Positions 52,301 to 63,488 of a stretch of DNA of 64,000 bases are shown here, one piece after another; the first letter of the stretch is position 1; each line of letters starts with the position of its first letter. Under the pieces are notes generated by a model, which saw only the letters and a list, made by a program, of their open reading frames with translations, made no database searches and had not been told where the DNA came from. Made by a program: the position numbers and the translations under genes. This DNA comes from Paraspadella gotoi (taxonomy: Eukaryota > Animalia > Chaetognatha): positions 13,386,473-13,450,472 of the forward strand of contig CM119271.1 in NCBI GenBank assembly GCA_051294375.1, read 5' to 3'.

Positions 52301-52774
52301 GACTAATATTAATAGTTATCGACCTTTCCATGTTTCCTTTACAAATACTAAAAATAATTTGCTGGATTATTTATTTTGAAAGCGAGATGTGTCGTAATAT
52401 CTTAAGTCATTGTGCTCTAAGTGTAAAAGCGTGCCTTTTCGCTGGCGAGTATCGTTATTTATGATCCAAGATTTCCACCTTTGATTTCGTCGAAGTCGTT
52501 TTTGTAATTTTAGAATTTCGTTTCGCTTCCTAATTGTGTGAAAGCGTTGCAATTCACATCTTTGAACTCGAACTTCTTCAATCCGAGTTTCGGTTTGTTG
52601 CTAATAAATCATCAGTCGAAGTGAGTTTATCGCTACACTTTTCTTTCTGTCAATAAATCATCGGTCGAAGTGACGCTTTATCGTACTTTTCTTTGGTATC
52701 GTTTAATTGATATATATATTACAGCAGCAGAAGCCATGCTCCGATGAAACTTCACCATTTAGTCTTACATTTAC

Positions 52775-52908
52775 AACCTCTCGCAGACCTTACCTTTGGA
52801 AAAAACCTCTCGCAAACCTTACTTTGGAAAACTCTGCGCAAACCTTTACCTTTTGGAACTCTCGCAAACCTTTACCTTTGAAACCTCTCAAACAAACCTT
52901 ACCTTTGT
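52775..52908 (+). repeat. ~27-29-bp tandem repeat (CTCTCGCAAACCTTACCTTTGGAAA) x5 inside the LTR element; also a 2-copy ~48-bp repeat at 52603-52695
   Basis: Direct reading; on the minus strand the unit could encode PKVKVCERF-like peptides. Confidence 0.85.
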
Positions 52909-53399
52909 ACACTTGCCCCCCCCCCCCCCCCCCAATCCTGCAGCGATTCGTTTGCTTCTTGAGTTTCAACCCCTGAGGTGACAGCGGATTCCACCTTCAG
53001 ATCCAGCGCCCAAAAGATTCTAAAGGGAATATTTCTGAGTCATCTGAATTTATTTAGATATTTTTAGATTCATTTTTACCAAGGCCCTTCTTTTCCCCCT
53101 TTCAAAAATAAATTCATTTCATTTCGTTTCTCCTCAGAGAAAAGGTTTTTGGTAGGCGATTACCTCACCCTATTGAAATTCTTAATAACAATATCGCGCC
53201 AAAAATATTTTAGCCTCTGACATTTTTGAATTTTTGTCGCTCGCGTTCCAAACTTCTTGATTAATGATCGGGGCATGTAAAGTCGACGCGTATTTGAAGA
53301 CGAACAATTAATGTTATATCTAACTAAGGCCAGTATGAAACTACTCTAGAATCGACAAAAACATAAGTTTTACAAAAATTTTCGGATTTCGATTTTCAG

Positions 53400-53700
53400 T
53401 TCGGTCTGTCCAGCTACTATATTTAGCTTCTCTGGAGAAACGGAATAAGTAACACCTTTCACCTTTATTTCTATGTCATTGAATGCCTTCACATCACCAC
53501 CTAATAAATTCGGACATTCATTGACCCATACACAGAAAAAAATCGATATAAAATCCTCACTAAATGACATCCATTCAATCCACAGCATCACCATTCGCTC
53601 TAATATAAATAAAATAAAATTTAAAAAAGAAAGTGGTGCTATCTGAACCGGGCGCGGAGCTCTCAATGCGGCACAGTCTACGACAGGAGAATCATAATCC
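53400..53700 (-). pseudogene. Aspartic protease-like domain
   Basis: VVDCAA (53684-53667, cf. LxDTGA) and downstream CPNLLGGDVKAF (cf. xLLGxDFL) in ORF 53370-53909(-). Confidence 0.5.
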
Positions 53701-53957
53701 TGGCGGCGGCGGCGGCGGCGGTGCTGCATCGCAGACGCTTTTCGATAATCCCCAAGACGTTGAAATTTCCTTTCCGGAAGAGGTTTCCGTACGGCGTCGG
53801 CCACGCCCTCACAACGCCCATTTCCGATGATCGGTCGTTGTCGTCTGTAATTCAGGAATAAACGATGAAACGAACTCCTAACCATTGTCCGAGAATACAG
53901 CGGCGGCAAAGGCGGCTGTGGAATATGGTACTGCGCAAGTGGAGGAACATCGTTGTG

Positions 53958-54990
53958 TCAGAAAAGGCTGCAGAACGAGAAAGCAGAACGCAAGGACGCA
54001 GCATTCGCTCTCCATCGTGAATTACGCGGCGGAAGCGGAATAATGCTTATCGATTTAACAGTTCCGATGTCGTACGCTGCGCGAAGCCGGCGGAAACGCC
54101 CAAAATAGTCGTATCTCCCGCGAGGCATCTCTAAAATTTTCAAATGAGTCGCGACGAGTTCGCCCCTTCGTCGATCGCGGGTTCGATCGCTTGGTCGGCC
54201 ATGATTCCAATTAACATGTGCAGGACAATGAAATAATCGGTTGTAGCTCTTGAGCAAGCCATCGTGAATCGTAATCGAAATTCGAAAATCTTTAACGGTC
54301 CGCGTTCTGGTTTCCTTGTAATCCTTGGTAAAAGTAAATAGTATAAATTGTTTACTCAGATAATTTTTCGTTTCTTTAGGTACGCTTTCCCCTCCGCCCA
54401 AGGAAGGAAAAATACCGCTTCAACTTGTTTATATTATTTGACACAATTCAAAATACTATCTAACATACCGTGCCATTTTTGTTACACAAATACATTGTTC
54501 GTTTCAACCGTGCAAAGATAAACGAAAAAGGAAATTTCATGTATCGAAAAAACAATCTAAATAGGAACGGGCAAAAAGAAATAATTAACCAAAACGTCGA
54601 AATTATTAAAACATAGATCACATCGTCTTACACTAAATAATCTTTTTAAGTCCAGTTAAAATCCGAAAACTTAAGTTATCATTAAAAAAAAATCGGTTGA
54701 ATCGATCGAAAGTCGAGAAAACATTCTTACAAGTCGGAGAGATGCTCTGTTTGCGTGAGAAATTTAAAGGAAAGAAAACTCGAAAAATCGTTTGTTCCGG
54801 ATGATGACGGGTCGATTGAGACGTTGAAAATAAAAATATTCGGTCTAACCCATGACTCGTATCAACTGATCGTAAAGAAAGTCGTGATCTATTATTTGCT
54901 TTAGGTTTAATGTTTTGGTTTTCGAGTAAGAAAGATCCAAAATTGGTTTCTTTTCCAATCATAATCATATTCTAATGTCAGACTGAGGCT
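53958..54990 (-). pseudogene. Probable gag region, weakly recognisable
   Basis: Lies between PBS and protease; KETRTRTVKDF resembles the gag QxxxETVxDF motif; followed by a Pro/Arg-rich segment. Confidence 0.35.
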
Positions 54991-55163
54991 AAACAAAAAC
55001 AGAAAAATATACTAAAGTTTAAGAAAAAAATTTCTTTCACTTACAATGCATTTCGTTTCATTGGAAAAGAAAAAAAAAATCTTATGTTACCCCCTTATCA
55101 ACTCGGACAAAAACAAATATCCGTACGCACAGCATAACTTCGAGCTGTCCGTTAAGCGAACAA

Positions 55164-55175
55164 CGCTGGCCACCA
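55164..55175 (-). promoter_or_regulatory. Primer-binding site TGGTGGCCAGCG (tRNA-Leu TGGTGGCAGCG with a 1-nt insertion, or tRNA-Ile)
   Basis: Begins with TGG immediately after the 5' LTR end ..CAACA on the minus strand. Confidence 0.8.
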
Positions 55176-55543
55176 TGTTGGTAACGTGTCTGTGGCCCTC
55201 AAAAGATGACGGATAGAGAGGCTAGATAATACATAATTACTAGTCTTAATTTGAAGTTACCTGAAATAATTGTAGATTGCCAAAGTTTGTATTAGAAAAT
55301 TAAACAGTTGATAAAATATTGCGTCTTAATTCCTGAGATCTAAAAATGGAATGTACTAAAATCCGGCCTCCCTCTCGTCTCTCTTCCTTTGTTTTATTCA
55401 TTAGACAAAATGTTACAAATAGGACGCTGAGTTCCTGCGGAATCTATGAAATATGTAAACTTTTGGAACTAGAAAATTTAGAGAGACAAAAATTGAACGA
55501 AAGTTTAATTACTAATTGGAGGCTAATTAAAATATTACTAACA
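55176..55543 (-). repeat. 5' LTR
   Basis: TGTTGGTAACGTG...ATTACTAACA, direct repeat of 49190-49552. Confidence 0.92.
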
Positions 55544-58500
55544 CTTACACAAATTCATTCTTGTGAAAATTCATTTCGTACAAAAGCATTCTTGTGCATG
55601 TATGCATTCCTGTGCAAATGAATTCCTGTGAAAATGTATTCTGTGGCAAATGATTTCTTGTTTCAAATTATCTCTGTGCAAATTCATTCAGTAGTAAAGA
55701 TATCCCTTTGCTAATAGTATAATTCAATGTATTCCTCGTGGAATTCGATACCGCGAGCAGTTTACCATCCATTGCACACAAGCGTCCTGAATTTCAGGGT
55801 ATGAAGATATTATCGCTACACCGTACAATGCATCCTATACAAATTTGTTCCTGTGCAAATGTGTTACTGTGCAAATACATTCCCTGTATGCAAATGTATT
55901 CCTGTGCAAATGTATTTCTGTGCAAATTCATTCAGTTGCAAAGTTATCCATTTCAAATGTTTTCTGTGCCAATGTATTCCTGTACAAAGTATTCCTGTGT
56001 AAATTGTTCTTGTGCAAATGTTGTTCCTGTGAAAATGCATCTGCTGCAAATTTGGTCCTTGTGCCAAATGTGTTACTGTGCAAATCATTCCTGTGCCAAA
56101 TTGTATTCCTGTGCAAAAGTATTCTTGCTGCAAAATTTTCTGTGCAAATTCATTCAGTTTGCAAAGTTATCCCTTTTCCAATGTTTCATGTGCAAATGTA
56201 TTCCTGTTCTCAAATGGTATTCCTCTGTAAATTGTTCTTGTGCAAATGTGTTCCTGTGCAATGCCATTCCAGTGGCAATATTTTTCCTGTGCAAATGTAT
56301 TCCTGAGCAAATGTAATTCCTGGCAAATGTATTCGGTACAAATGCATTCCTGCTGCAAATGTATTCCTGTGCAAATTGTTCCTGTCAAATGTGTCCCTGT
56401 GCAAAAACATTTTTATGAAAATGCATTCCTGTACAAATTCATTCCTTGAGCAAATTCATTCTTGTACAATTTATTCCTATGCCAATTCATTCCTATGCAA
56501 ATTTATTCCCTGTGCCCATTCCTGGCAAATTATCCCTGTGCAAATTTATTCTGTACAAATTCATTCCTGTGCAAATTTAATCCTTGTGCAAATTCAATCC
56601 TGTGCAAATTCTTCCATTACAAATGTATTCTGTACCAATGATTCCTGCCAAATTATTTCTCAAAATGGATCCTGTGCAAATTTATTACCTGTTAAAATTG
56701 CATTCCTGGCTAATTCATTCCTGTGCAAGAATGATTTTGCACAGGAATGATTTTTGCACACGAATGAATTTGCACGTGGAATGAAATGTGCACAGCGAAT
56801 GAATTAAGGGGGTGAAACTTAGGCAAAGATTTTTTACTTAAAACAGGTAATAACAAATTCTTGGTACCTAGTAGCTTAACTGAATAAAAGTAGGCAATTT
56901 TTTAATTGAGGAAAGGAATTAGTTGCATAAGAATACATTTGTAAAAGAAATAATTGCGTAACAGAAATTTAATTTGCCCACAGGAATACACTTTTTATAT
57001 AACAGAATAATTTGCGACAGGTGATTGAATTTGGCACAAGTAATGAATTTGCACAGAAATGTGTTGTACATTTTGTACAGGAATAAATTTGAACAAGAAT
57101 GCCTTTGCACTGAATACTGCGTGGAAACTTTTAGCAAAGGAATAAACTTGTGGCAACAGAATTGATTTGCACAGGGATTGAATTGCCAAGGAAGGAATTG
57201 CCACAAGAATGTATTTGGACACAAGAATAAATTATCACAGGATTGAATGTGCACAGGAATGGAATTTGTAGAGGATGAATTTGCACAGGAATGAATTTGC
57301 ATAGGAATAAATTTGGAACAAGGAATAAATTTGCACAGAATACAAATTGAACACAGGAATGAATTTGCATAGAAGAATTTGCAACAGGAATAAATGTGCA
57401 AGGAATACATTTGCACAAAATTTATTCCTGTGATTTGCAACTCATTCCTGTTTAAAGAATTTATTCCTGTGCAAATTTATTTTTCTGCAAATTCATACCT
57501 GTGCAAATTCAATCGTAGCTGCAAATTTATTCCTGTGCAAATTCAATCTGCGGTTCAAATCATTATCTGCTGCAACTTCCTTCTTGGAGCAAAATTCAAT
57601 CCTTGTGGCAAATTCATTCCTGGTGCCAAATTCATTCCTGTACAATTCATTCCTGTGCAAATTCATGTCCTGTGCAAAATTTCATTCCTGTGCAAAATTC
57701 AATCCTGTTGCAAAAATTCCAATTCCTTTGTTTTGCCCAAAAAAAAAAATTTTTTTGCTTCCATACAAATGCTACTCCCTGTACAAAATTAATTCCTGTG
57801 CAAATTTATTCCGGCACCCTCTGCAGGCGAGAATTCATCCTGTTGAAATTCATTCCTGCAAATTCATTCCTGTGCAAATTCAGAATCCTGTGCAAATTCT
57901 GTCCATATAACCAAATGTACTCTGTAACAAATTAATTCCTGTGCAATTCATTCCTGTACAAATTCATCCTGTGCAAATGTCATTCCTGTGCAAATTCGAG
58001 TCCGTACAAAATTCGTTCCTGTGACAAATTTGATTCCTGTACAAATTCATTCCTGTCAAATTCGATTCTGTGCAAAATTCAATCCTGTGCCAAATTCTTC
58101 ATTACAATGTACTCCTGTACAAAATTCATTCCTGTGCAAATTCATTCCTGTGCCAAATTCATCCTGTACAAATTCATTCCTGTGCAAATTCATTCCTGTA
58201 CAAATTCTTCCTGTGCAAATTCATGTCCTGTGCAAATCAATCCTGTGCAAATTCTTCGATTACAAATGTACTCCTGACAAATAATCCTGTGCAGATTCAT
58301 TCCTGCTGCAAATTCAGTTACCTGCTGCAAATTCATTCCTGTGCAAATATCAATCTGTGCAAATTCTTCCCACACTACAAATGTACTCCTGTACAAATTA
58401 ATTCCTTCAAATTCGATTACCTGTACAATTCATTGCCACAGCACCGTGCAAATCATTCCTGTGCAATTCATTCCTGTGACAAATTACTTCCTGTGCAAAT

Positions 58501-60379
58501 GCAATTCCTGTGCAAACTCGAGAATCCTGTGTCAAATTCTCCATTACAAATGTACTCCTGTACAAAGTCAATTCCTGTGCAAATTGCATTCACTGTGCAA
58601 ATCATGTCCTGTGCAAATTTCTTCAATTACAAATGTACTCCTGTACAAATTATTGTGTAGCAAATTATTTCTTTTAAAATGTATTACTACACAAATTCAT
58701 TCTTGTGAAATATTCATTTCTGTCACAAAAGCAGTCTTTGCAATATGCATATCCTGCTGCAAATGAATTCCTGTGAAAATGTATTTGTGCCGAATAGTCG
58801 AGATGTTGCTTGATGACGTATTTTGACTCTAGAAACCGATTGTTTACACTCGTCTCGAGGCAGATAGAAGTTTCACTTTAGGCCTGTTGATCAAGAGAAC
58901 GCGGAGCCGGCGGGATGAAAATAACAAAGTTGTAGTTTGGTGATTCCGGTCAAGTGCTCACTTGCCTGATTAGGTGAGCTATTTAATGAAATGAACATTA
59001 AATTGATGATTATTGAAAACTTTACATTGTGAAGGTTTTAACTCCACTACATTACTTTCCACAATACAATACTTGTACGTTTCTAACACTAGCATTTGTG
59101 ACTTGAAAGACAGAATTAAATTAGGTCTTCGAAAAATAGCCTATGTTTACTTTATTATTCAAAACTAAAATGTGCTTTGGGGGGACATTGGGCTAAAAAT
59201 CGAGAGCCCGCCGAAATAGGATGACCGTGTGTAGGTCTACCGAACTTTCAGCTGAAAATTTAATATGACCTTGGCGAATAGTTTATACGTCGTCGGCGAG
59301 AGATACTGGTTTCTGCGAAGGGAGAAATTTTTTGGGAAAAAAAATTTTAGCAAAGTTCATTATGGACCGTCGAACGCCAACTATTTACTGAGACGTAACT
59401 TAAACTGAATCATTCCGGTACGAGGAAGCCGTCGGAGAATGAACGACGATCGAGAGGAGCGGGAGGAAGATCGCAGAAACCATCCGAAGCCATCGCCGAA
59501 TATGAGTATGACGAGGCCTACGCCGCCCGGCGATGGCATGAGTGAACCTTGGCAGATAAAAGGCCATTTTAACTAGTTTGCAAAAGGTGATGAATACTCA
59601 TTGCTCATTTCTTAATGAATTTACAACGCGAAATTAAATAAATTTCCTGTTGAATACAAAAAGGCCAAGGTTGCAGCTCTCGCGTTCGAGCCGTTCTAAA
59701 AGCTAACGCGGAGCGCGGGAGAACGAGTTTGGACGTTATTTCATGAACTGTCCACAATTTATTGCATGCACCCTTTATTTGAAAACGCGATACGCGTGCG
59801 TTAGTTTTTGACAATAATTCACGAGATCGGTACAGAATGTTTTACGTAAATTGTCCTGTTATTTCATTCAAAGAGTTAAGGTTATGCATCCAGGTTAGGA
59901 CTAGAAAGGCAAGGAGGTTGTCACTATGCCTGCACCATTAAATGGCATGCCACAGGTTGAGATAAGAGAAGGCATCGAATTGAGAGAAAGAAGATTGAGA
60001 ATTAAGAAAGAAGGATAGAGATGGGAGGAAGAAAAAAAAAGTGGCGAAACTGAATCGTTATGGTGGGAGGAATTTCGGGCAGTAGTACGGACGTCGACCA
60101 CAAGAGACGAGATAGAAAGAAAAGCTGTGGAGGGTCTCGACGCGCCGTACACAAGGGAAAAAATAGGCGCTGAGCTTCGCGCAGATAAGATTCTGTGGAT
60201 GAACAGTATCGCCGTGCTTGGCTCCCGCGCCGAGTAGTTCCCACGCTGCCGCAAAAAAAATAACGTCGCCGGGTTCTCCCATCACCGGAGTATAGTTATG
60301 CCGTCGTTTTCCGCCGTCGTTAGCCCATGGCGAAGGCTGGACGCCGACGCCGATCCCTTCCGCCAGTAGTTCGGGAACA

Positions 60380-60760
60380 AGCTGTTGAGATTCCGAAGTA
60401 TTTCTGTTGAGAGCTGCAGCTGGAGGTTGCTGATGAAGGATGCAAAGAAGGCGGAAAAAGTAGTTGCTGAAGAAGTTTCGGAAAAAGTGTGGAAGGAAGT
60501 TGCTGTAAGATGTTGCGAAGATGTTGCAAGAGGTTGCGGGAAGAGATCGCGAGAAAAAAATTGCGGATAAGTTACTGAAGGATGTGCGAAAAAGTTGTGG
60601 ATAAAGTTGCTGAAGATGTTGCAAAAAAAGTTGGGAAGAGATTGCGGAAAAAAGTTTCGGTATAAAGTGCTGTTGAAGTTGCGGAGAAGATGATTGCGGA
60701 AAAGGGTACAAGAAAAAGTTACAAAAAAGTCGCTGAGCGATTTTGCGGAAAGAGGGTTGT
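60380..60760 (+). repeat. Degenerate (AAAGTTGCGGA / GATGTTGC)-type tandem repeat
   Basis: Recurrent GTTGC(G/T)GA motifs at 10-13 bp spacing. Confidence 0.65.
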
Positions 60761-62055
60761 CAAATGGGAAAACTGGTGTGAAATGAAATCAACAAACCAG
60801 CGCAATCCACCGTAATCAAAGGAAGACTTTGCAGAGTCTGAATTAAGAAGCCATCTTTGTACTCCACATTTCCTGCCATTAGTGGCCGTTGTTTGCGTTA
60901 AGAGAGAAGCTTGTGCAGAAGCTGCAGTCCATAACTGAAAGCCATGTAGGGGAGTGGAGGAGAAAGTCTGCTCCCACCATCTAAAGCTTTCCGACATCTA
61001 TCGAATCTGCAATGCTACTTTCATGTCAACTCGTGTTACTGCAAGATTCATCTTTTAAGTCTGCTGTTTGAGAATAACTTCAAGCTGTTGAGTGCTGAGT
61101 CCTTGCTTATCACTCTGTTTAGTGATACAGCCCTATTGGAGTCTGATTTAAACGTCATTTGCATGAAAAAGTGTCGGGGAGCTCCACCCGACTGCCTTAC
61201 ACTATTTAATTTCTATCAAAAGCCATTCCATGGATTTAATGAGATCAAATACGACGGAAATGTATATAGAGAGTTAGAGTTATACACACGGTGGTTCAAC
61301 GAATTATCACAAACTATCACTACAGTTGATTGACTACTATAGCTTGTCAAATAAAATGGAAAGCGATAAAAAACGAAAAATAATTAATGTGTTTGACAAA
61401 GAAAAAAAAAAAAAAATTGCTGGGCTACAAGATAAGCTTTTACTGAATAAGAATAAAAAATGAAGGAAAGATTATGATGCCCAATTTGTACACAAATCGG
61501 CCAAAGCGTGTCTCACATTTAAAAATGCTAAATATTGTAAAAGAATTGCTAATAATTTGTTAGAGCTCGTCTAAAGAGAAGAAAGACGAGACAAGTGTGA
61601 CAAGGAGAAGAACTCCCTTTAACTACTGCTTGGAGCAGCTGACTAAGTTATGGAGGGAAACTAAAAATGTTTTTGAGTTTGGAACTCACAGCAAGAGGAT
61701 AAAGATGTGAGCCCAAAAAGTATTTTCCGGAGTGAAAGAGAAATTTCTTGGAATAGATTAAAATTTTACGGAGACACATTTCAAGGAGGGGATGGGATCA
61801 TGTATATCATGAGCTTAGAGGGATCCTGGTTAGAGGGGAAGAAGTAAGTAGTTTCTATGAGCTCCAGAGAAATAACGATGACGACGGATAGTGGGAATTG
61901 TTGTTCCAGAAAGAAATTTAAAATTCCCTATAAAGTGTGGACCAGTGGAACTCGCACCCTTACAAAAAATTAGAGAAAAATCTATACTATTGCACAAGAG
62001 ATAAGAGAGATGAGGGAAGTGTGGGAGAAGACGGAGAGGAGAGAGGGAAAAGAGA

Positions 62056-62100
<45 letters not shown>

Positions 62101-62205
62101 AGAGGAGAGAAGAGAAGAGGAAGAGAGAGAAGAAAGGAGAGAATAAAAGAGAGAGTGAAAGGGAAGGATAGAGAGAGAAGGGAGAGGAGGAGAGAGAGAG
62201 AGAGA

Positions 62206-62423
62206 ATTAGAGAAAACTTTCGCGTAGAGGACAGAACAAATGCATGTTGAAAAACGCGAAAGGGGGAAACGTGCGAAGAGAGAGAGATGGGTAGAGATTA
62301 GAGCAGACGAGAGAACGGAAGAAAAACTAGAAGGCTTCATATTTGGACATAGCCTGAAATTCTTGGGGACGGCTCGTTGCTGAAAAATGGAGATGCAAAA
62401 AGGAGAAACTGTTCAGACGAAAA

Positions 62424-62425
<2 letters not shown>
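62206..62425 (+). repeat. Second copy of the dispersed repeat at 35780-35996
   Basis: See first copy. Confidence 0.92.
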
Positions 62426-62461
<36 letters not shown>

Positions 62462-63069
62462 AACATTTACTGAAAGCCCGTTACGCAGACTGGCATTTCA
62501 GTGTTTGGCCTCAAAACAGAAAAGACCAAAAATTCAATGACGGGAAAAAAATGATAAAATTAATCAATGAAAACAATTTGTGTCAGCAATCGTTCACAAG
62601 ATAAAAGTTCCAAGAAAATTAAAATGACTTACTTATTTGCTTATCATTTATTATTACTTTCAAAACTCATGCCTTTAAATTTCCACTCGCACAATGAATT
62701 TAATCACTCTCTTCGAGTGAATACGCATCACAGTTCACTTGCTCAACTGTTTCACCTTCCGACAGTTCATATGGAACAATTGAACACTCATCATTAGCGA
62801 CTTCTCCCCGACCTTCCTCACTATATCTTCTAAACTACCTTAATCTCCAAAACCACCTTCACTACCTAAATCGCTCCCACAACCACCTTCCCCCTTCAAA
62901 ACCGCCACCACCGCCATCTTTAATCAAGCGAATTTCGCGCCTCATTTGCATAAACAAAAGGGAATCTTTAGACGGTCCGTCGTTTCCATCGATGGCGACG
63001 AGAAATCAGTTTACATATTCATTCGTAACGCGAGGCGCTAATCACCGCCTTTTGTTTATTCATTCTTTA

Positions 63070-63250
63070 CGCAGCCTCGTTTTCGATGCGGCCTCGTTTT
63101 CGTTTTGGGCAGTCTCGTTTTCGATGCATTCTCATATTCGTTTCGGTGTAGCCTCGTTTTCGTTTTCTACTAACTCGTTTTAGATACATTTTCTCAATCG
63201 TTTCGACGCAGCCTCGTTTTGGTTTCTGACTCAGTCTCGTTTTCGTTTTC
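63070..63250 (+). repeat. Degenerate GCAGCCTCGTTTTCG tandem repeat
   Basis: About 7 CTCGTTTT cores. Confidence 0.75.
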
Positions 63251-63488
63251 CTCTTAACTTTTTCGTGATAATTTTTTATCATTTTTTCTTTATCGCGGGC
63301 TTTTTGTTGTTATTAATTCGAAATAAATTATGTATGCTTTACACTTTTTCTATTAAACCTTGGTATGTTATGTAAGAGAGAAGGAAAAAAAAGAAGAAAA
63401 ACAAAGGGAAAGATTGCGAAAGAAAAAGAAAAAGAAAAGTTTTTAAAAAAAATACAAACATTGAACGAACAAGTTTTTTGGCTCTCTT

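Larger units (their letters stand above)
49190..55543 (-). mobile_element. Full-length LTR retrotransposon, Ty3/Gypsy-type domains in gag?-PR-INT-RT order (Gmr1-like), apparently intron-containing
   Basis: Two ~365-bp direct repeats with TG..CA ends, PBS, PPT and TSD CCTAC/CTTAC. Minus-strand motifs for protease, integrase and RT are listed in the sub-features. Confidence 0.88.
48897..58790. repeat. 16-bp satellite (CAAATTCATTCCTGTG)n: 48897-49189 (+), 55544-56730 (+), 56735-57405 (inverted), 57405-58790 (+); interrupted by the LTR element
   Basis: Well over a hundred degenerate units. The higher-order marker TTCTTCCATTACAAATGTA(T/C)TCCTG recurs at ~49115, 56609, 58095, 58537 and 58619. Confidence 0.95.

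Noticed and set aside
53600-53648. Additional 49-nt intron in the protease region (GTTCAG..TTTATATTAG)
   Set aside because: The acceptor is good but the donor is weak and the ORF reads through it, so it was not counted as evidence.
49190-55543. Ginger-type DNA transposon (intron-bearing Gypsy-like integrase) as an alternative identity
   Set aside because: The element has direct LTRs, PBS, PPT, and protease and RT remnants, not terminal inverted repeats.
55738-58766. Cys-rich ORFs resembling metallothionein or keratin-associated proteins
   Set aside because: They derive from a 16-bp unit (not a multiple of 3) that also inverts, so the pattern is non-coding.
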